Positions 20,762-29,809 of a stretch of 64,000 nucleotides of DNA are shown here, in pieces (the stretch's first letter is position 1; the number at the start of each line of letters is the position of its first letter). Source of the stretch: Candidatus Poribacteria bacterium. Lineage in GTDB: Bacteria > Poribacteria > WGA-4E > WGA-3G. A program made the position numbers and the translations under genes. The stretch covers positions 2,720,001 through 2,784,000 of the forward strand of contig OZ242029.1 of assembly GCA_965205015.1 (NCBI GenBank), read 5' to 3'. Below the pieces are notes generated by a model. The model was not told the DNA's origin. It was given only the letters and a program-made list of their open reading frames with translations, and made no database searches.

Positions 20762-21613
20762 CTATAGGTATTGCGCTGCTTTCTGTTTGAGGAACGCGAG
20801 ACCCTCTATGGCGAGGCTCTCGGCACTCGGTGCGATGTCGCGCCAGATGCAGGTCGCTGCGGCGATTTCCTTGACTGCCGGTGTAAATGATTCAATCACG
20901 AGCCATCTGTCGTAATTTACCTTTGCGAGTGCACCGAAGACGCCGTCCCAATCTACAAGTCCTGTGCCTGGTGTACCGCGGTCGTTTTCACAGCAGTGAA
21001 CGTGATGTAAGAAATCGCCCGTCGCGATGATAGCGTCCGCTTGATTTTTTTCCTCAATGTTCATGTGGAACGTGTCCAGATGCACCTTGAAGTATGGGCT
21101 GCCTACTGCTTCACACAGTTTAACGGCGTCTTCGGCAATGTTGATGAAGTAGGTTTCGAACCGGTTAAGCGGTTCACTGGCGAGCGTAACGCCGTATTTT
21201 CCACCGGCTTCACACACCTCTTGCAAACCTTCAACACACCATTCCCACTCCTGTTCGTTTCGACCGCGCCCAACGAGTTTACCGACAGCACTATACATGG
21301 GTCCAACGAGCGTATCGGCACCCAATTCGGCGGCAATTTCACAACACCGCTTGAGATAGGTTTTTCCGTTTTCGCGAATCGCAGGATCTTCGTCGATTGG
21401 GTTCCTGTCCCCTGCCATGATATTACATCCGATGGTTTCTAAGCCGGTATCCTTCAGTAATGCTTGCGTGTAAGGGATATCCACTGTATCTGGATCAAAG
21501 ATGGGGATTTCGACGCCATCAAACCCCATGTCGGCGACTTTAGGGATCAGGTCTGCGGTTTCTCTGTCAAACTTATCCGCCCAGAGTAATAAATTTACAC
21601 CAAACTTTGGCAT
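20762..21613 (-). CDS. Sugar phosphate isomerase/epimerase (D-psicose/tagatose 3-epimerase-like)
   Basis: GFDGVEI, EPLNRFE, DTFHMNIEE, ENDRGTPG, IESF. Confidence 0.92.
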   Translation of the reverse strand: MPKFGVNLLLWADKFDRETADLIPKVADMGFDGVEIPIFDPDTVDIPYTQALLKDTGLETIGCNIMAGDRNPIDEDPAIRENGKTYLKRCCEIAAELGADTLVGPMYSAVGKLVGRGRNEQEWEWCVEGLQEVCEAGGKYGVTLASEPLNRFETYFINIAEDAVKLCEAVGSPYFKVHLDTFHMNIEEKNQADAIIATGDFLHHVHCCENDRGTPGTGLVDWDGVFGALAKVNYDRWLVIESFTPAVKEIAAATCIWRDIAPSAESLAIEGLAFLKQKAAQYL

Positions 21614-21707
21614 TCTGTATTGTTCTCCTTAATAACTGAATAACATGTACTGGAATGTGTACTATTTTTTGCAGTTTAGCACAAGTTGGAAAGCGTTTCA
21701 ACTTTTT

Positions 21708-21821
21708 TATAGCATCCTTTCAGAGCCATTCAATTTTGGGTGGACTCTTGGAAGAATGAAGCGGGGGTTTTATGAGAGAATTGAATGCCTCTAAGATGTG
21801 CTGGCGTCTTCAGATGCTATG
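21708..21821. mobile_element. MITE-like element
   Basis: Ends TATAGCATC / GATGCTAT; internal inverted repeat AGAGCCATTCAATT / AATTGAATGCCTCT. Confidence 0.5.
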
Positions 21822-22340
21822 CAGCATATAGGTTAGGGTAAGGTGCTGTGAAGGAGATATGAAAGTTTCACAGTAAGCGTTTGAGAAAGGGGTTTTGTAA
21901 CTCCCGCGAAACATAGGTGTGGTATAGGGTTAGAGCCGTTTGGCGGACGTTACCTTTTTGGGTGTTTACTGTGAAATTTTAAAATTGGGACTCAATTCCG
22001 ATCCCTTGAAAACGCAGTCATAGTGTGGGTTTAGAGCCACTTTGGGAATTTCGTGATTTTTGGGTTTACTGTGAAAAGATTGTTTTGTTGAAATAGATAT
22101 AACATTTTGGTAAATTATGACGTTAAAATGTTTAACATTTTTCTGAATGTTCTTGCTGAGGTGATGCTATGTGTGTATCGTCTGAATGCACGTCGCATTT
22201 GGGCGAGTACGCCGCAAATCGCGGATTGACACGGATTTTACGGATTTCGCGGATTTTTGGGACTTCTGGGTATCGAGTACTGTCTGTTGAGTATTGCGTT
22301 TCGTATCCGTTGATCCCTATGATTTTCGCGGTAGTTTTTT

Positions 22341-22556
22341 GTAGGTTGGGTTGAACGCAACTTCACCGGAACCCCGCAATCCTCGAAAACCTCGGACAGA
22401 CAAAAAATATCAATATCTCCAACTCCGTCGTGAAACCCAACGAAAACCTTGAAAGGTTGGGTTTCGCTGCTTTTCCGTGATGCAGCAGAGTTCCCACAAG
22501 ATTAGCGGTCCTTGAGTATATCCTGATTTAGATCAATTCCGCTCAACCTAACCTAC
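22341..22556. repeat. REP doublet (REPIN-like, GTAG family)
   Basis: GTAGGTTGGGTTGA...GAAACCCAAC paired with GTTGGGTTTC...CTCAACCTAACCTAC. Confidence 0.8.
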
Positions 22557-22577
22557 GACTGGAATCCCGAAAAATTC

Positions 22578-22606
22578 GTGACAAAAAAATTCTTTTTTGC
22601 TATAAT
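22578..22606 (+). promoter_or_regulatory. Sigma70-type promoter for the methyltransferase leader
   Basis: GTGACA-N17-TATAAT with extended TG. Confidence 0.65.
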
Positions 22607-22611
22607 ATATT

Positions 22612-22758
22612 TGACGTGAACGTAAGGCTTTGAAAGCACCTTTACTAATAAAGGGATGTTCACGTCAGGGCAGCTTCCTAATTCATTAGGCGCGCCGCAG
22701 GTACTACCAATACCCGCGACGCTTCAGCACTGCCATAGAACAGGTATGACAGCGCTGG
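22612..22758. ncRNA. Candidate structured RNA (leader and/or antisense)
   Basis: Consecutive hairpins and a three-way junction between opposing promoter-like motifs; see findings. Confidence 0.4.
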
Positions 22759-22952
22759 TTTCTATTGTATCACAATATACGCTTGGCGTGTGAGATTAAT
22801 AGAGACCAGCACCCTATAGGGAAGGTTGCCGAACACCTTTCTATTATCTCCCGACGCGCCTATCAGCGCGCCCACCCCTATAGTCCTGTCATTTTCTTAG
22901 ATTTAGAGAAAAGGGTATTCCTTTTTCTCATGTTGCAGCCTACCAGAGGACT

Positions 22953-24422
22953 ATGAACATTCGATTTGCACCCAACACGCTATATTACGGCGATTGCCTT
23001 GATATTATGGCTGACTTTGAGGACAAGTGTATCGACCTGATCTGCCTTGACCCGCCATTTAACTCAAATGAGAAATATAACAAGGTTTTCAAGGATTCGG
23101 GACTCCTTATTGATCCACAAATCAAAGCGTTTGATGATGTCTGGCTCTGGGACAACACGTCCGCAGAACGCGTTGAGCGCGTCAAAAACGCAGTTGCCAA
23201 CCCTGCATCAAAGGTGATTGCTGGGTTTGAAGGATTCATTCCGCAAAGTAAGATGTTGTCCTACACCTCCTACATGGCAGAACGCCTCTTTATGATGCAC
23301 CGCATACTCAGGGATACAGGAAGCATCTACCTACACTGCGATCCCTACGCCAGCCACTACCTCAAACTCATAATGGATGCGATCTTCGGTGAGAAGAACT
23401 ACCGGAATGAGATTGTATGGCATTATCGCAGGTGGACAGCAGGAAACAGAAACTTTCAACGGATGCATGATGTTCTTTTCCGATATACAAAATCAGATGA
23501 TTTCAAATTCAATGTACAATATGAACCCTATGGCGATTGGATAAAGAAGGATTATTCATACACAGATAACGACGGTAGAAGATGGCGTTGGCACACTGTT
23601 AAAGGAAGAAGATACAAAGTCTATCTTGAAGATGAAAATAGAGGAGTTAAATTAAATGATGTATGGCAGATACCGCATTTAGGATCAACTGCCAATGAAC
23701 GGCTCGGCTACCCAACCCAAAAACCGATCGCACTCTACGAACGCATCATCAAAGCGTCCTCTAACCCCGGCGACCACGTGTTAGACCCTTTCGCGGGCTG
23801 TGGCACAACCATAGAAGCTGCAAAGAAAAACGGGAGGGATGTTATCGGTATAGACATCCTGCCCTTCGCACTCCGTTTGATAAACCGCTACCGCCTTGCC
23901 CCTAACGGTATAACGCCGCTTCCGATCGAAGGTGTGCCTGTTGATATGCACACCACCCGTCAACTTGTGAGCACCGCTCCGTTCAAATTCCAGGACTGGG
24001 CGATCTCACTCATAGATGGCTTGGCATCCAACCCACAGAAAGTTGGCGATGATGGTATTGACGGATTTGGGGTGTTCCTTAACACGCCAGATAATATGGA
24101 TCGCAAAGCGATTATCGTTCAGGTTACAGGTGCCTCCGGCTCACAGAAGGCGAAGTTTGATAGACTTCACGCGAATATCCGAAACGAGAACGCCGCGATG
24201 GGAATCTTAATCACACTCGACGCGCAGATCGCACAACACAATTGGAAACACACCTTAGACCCTATAAGGATGGGTGAAACCACTTACGCTCCTATCCAAT
24301 GTTTTTCTATTGAAGAATACTACCGAAACAACGAGCGATGGGATCGGATATTGACCCTCCCCCCACTGGCGAATCCATGGACTGGGAAGCACATGCAGCA
24401 AAAGATTTTATTTGATGCGTAA
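22953..24422 (+). CDS. Beta-class amino-methyltransferase fused to an Mrr-like C-terminal domain
   Basis: DPPFNS, YLHCD, YPTQKP, LDPFAGCGTT; then FQDWA...DDGIDG...IVQVTG. Confidence 0.9.
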   Translation: MNIRFAPNTLYYGDCLDIMADFEDKCIDLICLDPPFNSNEKYNKVFKDSGLLIDPQIKAFDDVWLWDNTSAERVERVKNAVANPASKVIAGFEGFIPQSKMLSYTSYMAERLFMMHRILRDTGSIYLHCDPYASHYLKLIMDAIFGEKNYRNEIVWHYRRWTAGNRNFQRMHDVLFRYTKSDDFKFNVQYEPYGDWIKKDYSYTDNDGRRWRWHTVKGRRYKVYLEDENRGVKLNDVWQIPHLGSTANERLGYPTQKPIALYERIIKASSNPGDHVLDPFAGCGTTIEAAKKNGRDVIGIDILPFALRLINRYRLAPNGITPLPIEGVPVDMHTTRQLVSTAPFKFQDWAISLIDGLASNPQKVGDDGIDGFGVFLNTPDNMDRKAIIVQVTGASGSQKAKFDRLHANIRNENAAMGILITLDAQIAQHNWKHTLDPIRMGETTYAPIQCFSIEEYYRNNERWDRILTLPPLANPWTGKHMQQKILFDA

Positions 24423-24555
24423 AGAAGAAAGTTCTATGAAACACAATAGTAGTTGCGACGACCGTCGGAATACTTCAGATTTTTCTCTAATGTTGAAACA
24501 AAATGAATAAACCAAAGGGCGCGACTCACATTGTCCCTTAACTTTATAAAAAAAC

Positions 24556-24801
24556 ATGTTTACAGCACAAGCACACCTCAGGACTCAATCCCGTGGGACG
24601 CTGTTATCCAGCAAGGAAATCACCGGGGCAACACAACTGGAGCTCGAGACTTCTGCAGAACATTGGGCACAGCAGAAGCTTCACGACCTCGGCTATCGGT
24701 CAATCCCGTATGCCGAGGGGTATTGGCTACGCGACGGGACGCTTAAGCATTACGACTGGGGCAACATCGTTTTGACGCTCGAACTCATGGAGGAAACGTA
24801 G
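24556..24801 (+). CDS. Small hypothetical protein
   Basis: 81 aa ORF with plausible composition; its stop abuts the next ATG. Confidence 0.45.
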   Translation: MFTAQAHLRTQSRGTLLSSKEITGATQLELETSAEHWAQQKLHDLGYRSIPYAEGYWLRDGTLKHYDWGNIVLTLELMEET

Positions 24802-25176
24802 ATGCCGATTGGAAGTGAATTTGATAGAGACATCGTCAGACCGAAACATCAAATGGCCGTGCCAGGGCTTGGCGTTTTTATTGCACCGAACGCTGTCGCA
24901 CGCCTATTTCAACTTCATAACTATACGAAGTGCCCGCGGCTCTGTCCCCAGAAGGGAAACAAACGCGTGCTTTACCCTATTCTCCGACCGAATGTCAGGC
25001 ACTGCCCACGCTATTACCATCTCAGGCAGGCAGCACGGTTCAAAAACGAAAAAAGGAGAACTCTTGTAGATGTTGAACGGAATTTAACACGACCGCATAT
25101 TATATTCCGAAGACTCTTGAAAGACGCTCAAAAAGTTATACATAGGATAATTCCTTCAAAGCGTCTCGCTTTGTAG
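24802..25176 (+). CDS. Basic hypothetical protein
   Basis: GGAGG upstream and adjacent to the previous stop; no recognisable motif. Confidence 0.35.
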   Translation: MPIGSEFDRDIVRPKHQMAVPGLGVFIAPNAVARLFQLHNYTKCPRLCPQKGNKRVLYPILRPNVRHCPRYYHLRQAARFKNEKRRTLVDVERNLTRPHIIFRRLLKDAQKVIHRIIPSKRLAL

Positions 25177-25190
25177 ATTGGATAGGGACA

Positions 25191-25874
25191 ATGAGAGAAG
25201 CCGTAGTAGAACAGGCAGTCAAAACCTATTTTACCGACAAATTTCCACAATTTTCAGTATCCCAACAGTGTGAAATCCAATTTGGCACGCGACACGGCAT
25301 CGCGGACGTTGTGCTGCATCAGCCGATTCAAGATGGAAAAGGGTACTTTGTCGCAATTGCGGAGTGCAAGATATTACCTCTCCCCATCCTACGAGCACAA
25401 GCGAGAGCACAATTGAAAAGTTATATGAGTGCGACTAACACACGGTATGGCATTCTCGCTGTCGGCACGGATCCCCGGCATTGGGAGTTTTGCGAGAATA
25501 AATATAACAATTGGTTTGCTGAGATCAATAGGGAAGATTTTGAATGGGGCATTAAGAATTGGGAGCCTGTATCGGCAGCGGCTTTAACCATAGACGAACA
25601 AGCAAAGCATAGAACTTCGCACTGGTGGAAACGAGCTGCCCAGTTTTTAGGCGTTCTGTTTATTGTTAGCATCGCGTCACTTTTGTTGCTGTGGCCGGAT
25701 CCGCCAGAGCCAATTGTTTATATCACGCGGACGGGAAAAAAATATCATACCTACACCTGCGAGTTCTTGGCGGAGCGCGGCGTAGAAAAATTCGCGATTT
25801 ATTTCGATGAAGCCGAAAAGAATTATGACCCTTGTGGGATTTGCGATCCGTATAGAACAGCAAAATCAAGATAA
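25191..25874 (+). CDS. HsdR_N-like PD-(D/E)xK domain + TM helix + Ada-like Zn-binding module
   Basis: ADVV...IAECK...QLKSYM...YGIL; TM FLGVLFIVSIASLLLLW; VYITRTGKKYHTYTC...PCGIC. Confidence 0.8.
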   Translation: MREAVVEQAVKTYFTDKFPQFSVSQQCEIQFGTRHGIADVVLHQPIQDGKGYFVAIAECKILPLPILRAQARAQLKSYMSATNTRYGILAVGTDPRHWEFCENKYNNWFAEINREDFEWGIKNWEPVSAAALTIDEQAKHRTSHWWKRAAQFLGVLFIVSIASLLLLWPDPPEPIVYITRTGKKYHTYTCEFLAERGVEKFAIYFDEAEKNYDPCGICDPYRTAKSR

Positions 25875-25875
25875 T

Positions 25876-26178
25876 TCCCTGCGGTTCACCAATAAAGAGA
25901 CGAAAACAGTCCTCATTATCAACGAGCATATGCGTCTATCTGGCATCCCAGAGGAAGTGCATCGGTATGTCGTCAACGGCAGGACGCCTTTAGAGTAGTT
26001 TATTGACCGCTACAAGATCACGCAGGACAAAGATAGCGGTATTGTTAACGACCCGAACGGCTGGTTTGAGAACTCCCGCGATCTCATCACAGCGATTGAG
26101 CGGATTGTTTATGTGAGTGTGGAGTCTACGCGGATTATTGAGGGGTTGCCTTCTGAGTTGACTTCTGATGGATCTTAA
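25876..26178 (+). pseudogene. C-terminal remnant of a type ISP restriction-modification enzyme
   Basis: LSGIPEEVHRYVVNGRTPLE*FIDRYKITQDKDSGIVNDPNGW...IERIVYVSVESTRII, with TAG at the usual Trp position. Confidence 0.85.
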
Positions 26179-26262
26179 TTTTTCCGTTTTCGTCTTGATT
26201 TCCTTCCTCATTTATGATAAAATAAATTACATCTTCAAAACGCGCATCGTCCATAAAATGAG

Positions 26263-26571
26263 ATGCCCATAAAAACGCTACTGTTTTTCCCGCTGCTATT
26301 CTTTGCCCTCGTGCAGCCTCTCTGCACGGCGCAGTTAGAGGTTCCCGATGACACGCTCAGAACGGACATCGCCGTGCTGAAAACGGAACTTAAGCATGTA
26401 AAAGAAACCGTCAATAACGGCTTTGCCACTGTTCAAAAGAATTTTGACAGAAAAAATAATATCATCATCACCTCCATCGGTCTACCTTTGGTGATCCTTG
26501 CAATAGGGGCGACCCTGTGGAGCATTTTATTACATAGGTGTATCACCAAAAACGCCCTCCCACGGCGTTAG
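26263..26571 (+). CDS. Small exported coiled-coil + TM protein (lineage-specific family, possibly truncated)
   Basis: Signal-like N-terminus, DIAVLKTELKHV coil, hydrophobic IIITSIGLPLVILAIGA. Confidence 0.6.
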   Translation: MPIKTLLFFPLLFFALVQPLCTAQLEVPDDTLRTDIAVLKTELKHVKETVNNGFATVQKNFDRKNNIIITSIGLPLVILAIGATLWSILLHRCITKNALPRR

Positions 26572-26804
26572 GCTATTTGCTACTTGTTAAATTTGAGCAA
26601 CAAAACTTGTCTTAACTTTGCTGATTTTTGGTCTAAATTAACGTTGGAACTTCACCTGATCTCCTTCAACAAAGAAAAATAGAAATGATTAGTTCACATA
26701 TACCTGTTTCTAAGTGGATATTAAATTTAGCAATAAAATGTTATTCCATATATTTAGATTACATAAACTCGGATATAAAGAAATAATCAAGTCTATAAAC
26801 TTTA

Positions 26805-28213
26805 CTAAAGTTTGGACAATTTTAAAGAATTAAGATGTTTGAAAGCAGAAAAGCAGGTATCCTTTCATAAACATACCACTGTTTTGAAAGGAAGGCAAAA
26901 ATGCCCCTGCTTCTCCACTTAGAAAGTATTGTATCGGATTTTCGTCATTTGTTCAACTCCCAAAACTTTGCGCTTTTTCAAGCATTTATTTTTGGGTTTA
27001 TGACTCAACCGCCTGGAGGCAGCCTGACGCACCTGTATCAGTCGAGTGGATCCGCGACACGCTATTGGTCGTTTCCGAAGTTTCTTTCCCGGGGCAAATG
27101 GGATACCGATGCGGTTGCTGCGTGCCTGATGAAAAGGCTCCAGGGCGTGTTTGCCGACTGGGTTTACGTCTATGATGCCACCAAAGCCTTGAAGACGGGT
27201 AAAACCCAATGGGGTTTACATTTTTTCCGCAACTTCAGTTATCACGGTAAACATCGCGTGAATCAATCAAAGTTTCACTTCGGACACGAGTTTGGGGCAT
27301 TAGGTTTACTCTGCGAGACAGCGGCAGATTGGTTGCTGTTTCCGGTCTGGGTGAAACTCATTGCACCTCAGACGCTCCGGGACAAAGGTGATGCGGTGTT
27401 GAAACGTATCTGTTCAAAGCTCCCCCGGGGGTTGATCCTCTTTGATAGAGGGTTCTGCCGCCGAAAAGTCTTTGAAATGCTCTTGGAACTCGGACATCAT
27501 CTGTTGTGTCGTGCGAAGTCAAATGCGGTGTTTTATCGTTTACCGAAACGTCCGAAGCGCCCCCAGCGCGGGCGTCCGAAGAAATATGGAGACCGTTTGA
27601 ACATCCAACGCTTACGGTATCAAGACGTTTGCATCCTGGAAAAAACGTATCAGGTCGCCTCAGAGGTCGTTCGGACGAAAATGTGTCCGACAGACGTCCG
27701 ACTCGTCGTGATACGCACCCGAGTCAAACCCTCAAAACCGTATCGGTATTTCTGTGTCTTTACAACAGATATGACCTTGGAGCTCCCGAAGATCGTTGAA
27801 TACTACCGGCAGAGGTGGCAGATAGAAACAGCGTTTCGAGATGTCAAGCAGCATTTCGGATTTGATGCCTATCGGGTCAAGTCTCGCAAAAGCATCAATC
27901 GCTTCGTGCAGCTGAGTTTCGTCGCAGCGTCTCTGACGAAGTTGGTCTTCTTGAAGTTTGGGTCTCGGTATCCCTCGGATCGCGTGAGCGTCAAAGAGGT
28001 CTGCGAGCATCTCGGGATTCATTGGTATCATCCGAAGCACTTGACCCAAGGGTTACGGGTCGCTTATTTACAGTCGCACCTCAGAGCGTTGGAATATTCT
28101 GCGAGTTCCCAAGAAGAGACCAACTCACAGAATATTCATCCCATATCTGAACACGATACCACGCTACCTTTCGACAAAGCAGCTTGAAACTTACAATATT
28201 GTCCAAACTTTAG
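26805..28213 (+). mobile_element. Complete IS4-superfamily insertion sequence (1409 bp)
   Basis: Perfect 16-bp TIRs CTAAAGTTTGGACAAT; 9-bp target duplication TAAACTTTA at 26796-26804 and 28214-28222. Confidence 0.95.
26901..28187 (+). CDS. DDE transposase (IS4/IS701-like)
   Basis: VYDAT, LFDRGF, YRQRWQIETAFRDVK (YREK motif). Confidence 0.95.
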   Translation: MPLLLHLESIVSDFRHLFNSQNFALFQAFIFGFMTQPPGGSLTHLYQSSGSATRYWSFPKFLSRGKWDTDAVAACLMKRLQGVFADWVYVYDATKALKTGKTQWGLHFFRNFSYHGKHRVNQSKFHFGHEFGALGLLCETAADWLLFPVWVKLIAPQTLRDKGDAVLKRICSKLPRGLILFDRGFCRRKVFEMLLELGHHLLCRAKSNAVFYRLPKRPKRPQRGRPKKYGDRLNIQRLRYQDVCILEKTYQVASEVVRTKMCPTDVRLVVIRTRVKPSKPYRYFCVFTTDMTLELPKIVEYYRQRWQIETAFRDVKQHFGFDAYRVKSRKSINRFVQLSFVAASLTKLVFLKFGSRYPSDRVSVKEVCEHLGIHWYHPKHLTQGLRVAYLQSHLRALEYSASSQEETNSQNIHPISEHDTTLPFDKAA

Positions 28214-28376
28214 TAAACTTTAATGAAAGATTTTAAATCCACAATTTTCAAGTCCAAAACTACTTATTGCGAAAAGTAAAACATAACACTCGACAATCAA
28301 TCGCATACGAAATGAAGGAATACTGAATTGGAATGGCCGCACTTTTATCCGGATAGTGGATAAAGAAGGGGCAAAT

Positions 28377-28826
28377 ATGTTTGATACACTCAATATTCCA
28401 AGTTTAGACAGACTCGAAATTGTAGAGACCTACGCGTACTACGATCAACCTGTTCTGTTCTCCTGCAAAAATTCTGAGGGTCATCTTTACCTTGTTGTAG
28501 CTGCAGATGAAAACGATCAATATGAAACTTGGCTCTACGCGAAGGTGTCCGTTGAGTGTCTCAACCTCGTTCGTTCCGGTGCGATTGATCTTCACGACGC
28601 ATTCGCGGATCCTGAAGGTGGGTGTTTACTTCAAGGGCGGTTTTCCTATGACGCTCCGACCTCCCCCCAGATTGAATCCATTGAGGCACATCAAGTCTCC
28701 GAGGATATGCTTCCACTCTCCGGTGAATGCCTTGATCTCGAAACTGAGACGCGCCCTGTGCCCAGCCAGGCTGAACCCATGCTAAAAAACAACCAAGACT
28801 TAGATATACTGCCATCGGAAATTTAG
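28377..28826 (+). CDS. DUF6575-like hypothetical protein
   Basis: YAYYDQPVLFSCKN..GHLYL...WLYA...GAIDLHDAF...MLP pattern; family name recalled, not searched. Confidence 0.6.
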   Translation: MFDTLNIPSLDRLEIVETYAYYDQPVLFSCKNSEGHLYLVVAADENDQYETWLYAKVSVECLNLVRSGAIDLHDAFADPEGGCLLQGRFSYDAPTSPQIESIEAHQVSEDMLPLSGECLDLETETRPVPSQAEPMLKNNQDLDILPSEI

Positions 28827-28971
28827 ACGCTTATCTCACTTGAGTGTGTGAGACCCTACGCAGTGTTCGGCAATTTGATGTCTGTTGAATTTCAGCAACA
28901 AGACTTGTCTGAACTTCACCGGTGTCGGGTCTCGATTAGCGATGGCATTTCACGATATTGAAAGGATAAAC

Positions 28972-29748
28972 ATGTTAGGTGCGATTATAGGTGACATTGT
29001 CGGTTCCGTCTACGAGTGGGATCGGATTAAAACCAAGGAGTTTCCGTTCCTCACGGATGCCTGTTTTTTCACAGATGATACCGTGTGCACTGTTGCGGTC
29101 GCGGATATACTGCTGCACGGTCTTCCGCCCGCGGAAACGATGCAGAATTGGTGTCGCCGGTATCCGGACTGCAGTTATGGTGGCAACTTTGGATACTGGA
29201 TTTATACCGACCCACCCAAACCCTACGACAGTTTTGGCAACGGTGCAGCGATGCGGGTGTCGCCAGCGGCGTTCCTGAACCGCAACAGCGATGTGGCGGA
29301 TGCCCTCGCTGCTGCTGACAGTGTCACCGAAATCACGCACAATCACCCTGAAGGCATGAAAGGTGCACGCGCGACCACACACGCTATCTATCTGGCGTTT
29401 CACGTCGAGAGTCCTGATAACATCCGTCGCTTTATTGCTTCTGAATATGGGTATGACCTGACACAGACAGTGGACGACATTCGTCGCGATTACGGTTTCG
29501 ATGAGTCATGTCAAGGGACAGTGCCGCAAGCGATCACTTGTGCTTTGGAGTCAGACAGTTTTGAGGATGCTGTGCGGAACGCGATCTCACTCGGTGGTGA
29601 CGCGGATACACTGGGTGCGATTGCGGGTGCTATTGCCGAGGCGATGCACGGTATCCCAGAGACGCTCCAGGCACAGGCGGAAACCCGTTACCTCGCGAGT
29701 GCCCCGGAGATGCTTAGGATTCTAAAGGGGATGTATGCGTTGGTTTGA
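28972..29748 (+). CDS. ADP-ribosylglycohydrolase family protein
   Basis: MLGAIIGDIVGSVYE, FTDDT, SFGNGAAMR, GGDADTLGAIAG; AAGGA RBS before ATG at 28972. Confidence 0.95.
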   Translation: MLGAIIGDIVGSVYEWDRIKTKEFPFLTDACFFTDDTVCTVAVADILLHGLPPAETMQNWCRRYPDCSYGGNFGYWIYTDPPKPYDSFGNGAAMRVSPAAFLNRNSDVADALAAADSVTEITHNHPEGMKGARATTHAIYLAFHVESPDNIRRFIASEYGYDLTQTVDDIRRDYGFDESCQGTVPQAITCALESDSFEDAVRNAISLGGDADTLGAIAGAIAEAMHGIPETLQAQAETRYLASAPEMLRILKGMYALV

Positions 29749-29809
29749 GCGCGATGCCCAGAACGTGGTGTTAAAGGAACCGCTGCAGAAACGCCGAATG
29801 TGGGCGTTC

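Noticed and set aside
22193-22256. Short repeat shared with 20711-20740 plus CGGATT 9-mer tandem as an ncRNA
   Set aside because: Looks like fragments of dispersed intergenic repeats; no independent promoter, terminator or clear fold.
22665-22740. Hammerhead ribozyme on the minus strand (CTGAAG followed by a stem)
   Set aside because: The core reads CUGAAGC rather than CUGANGA and there is no GAAA after stem II.
21620-22950. CRISPR array in the long intergenic region
   Set aside because: No 23-47 nt repeat recurring with regular unique spacers; only two degenerate direct repeats, a REP doublet and MITE-like elements. No cas genes.
25996-25998. Stop-codon recoding of the in-frame TAG in the type ISP fragment
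   Set aside because: The fragment lacks most of the gene, TGG to TAG is a single change, and TAG is used as a normal stop elsewhere.
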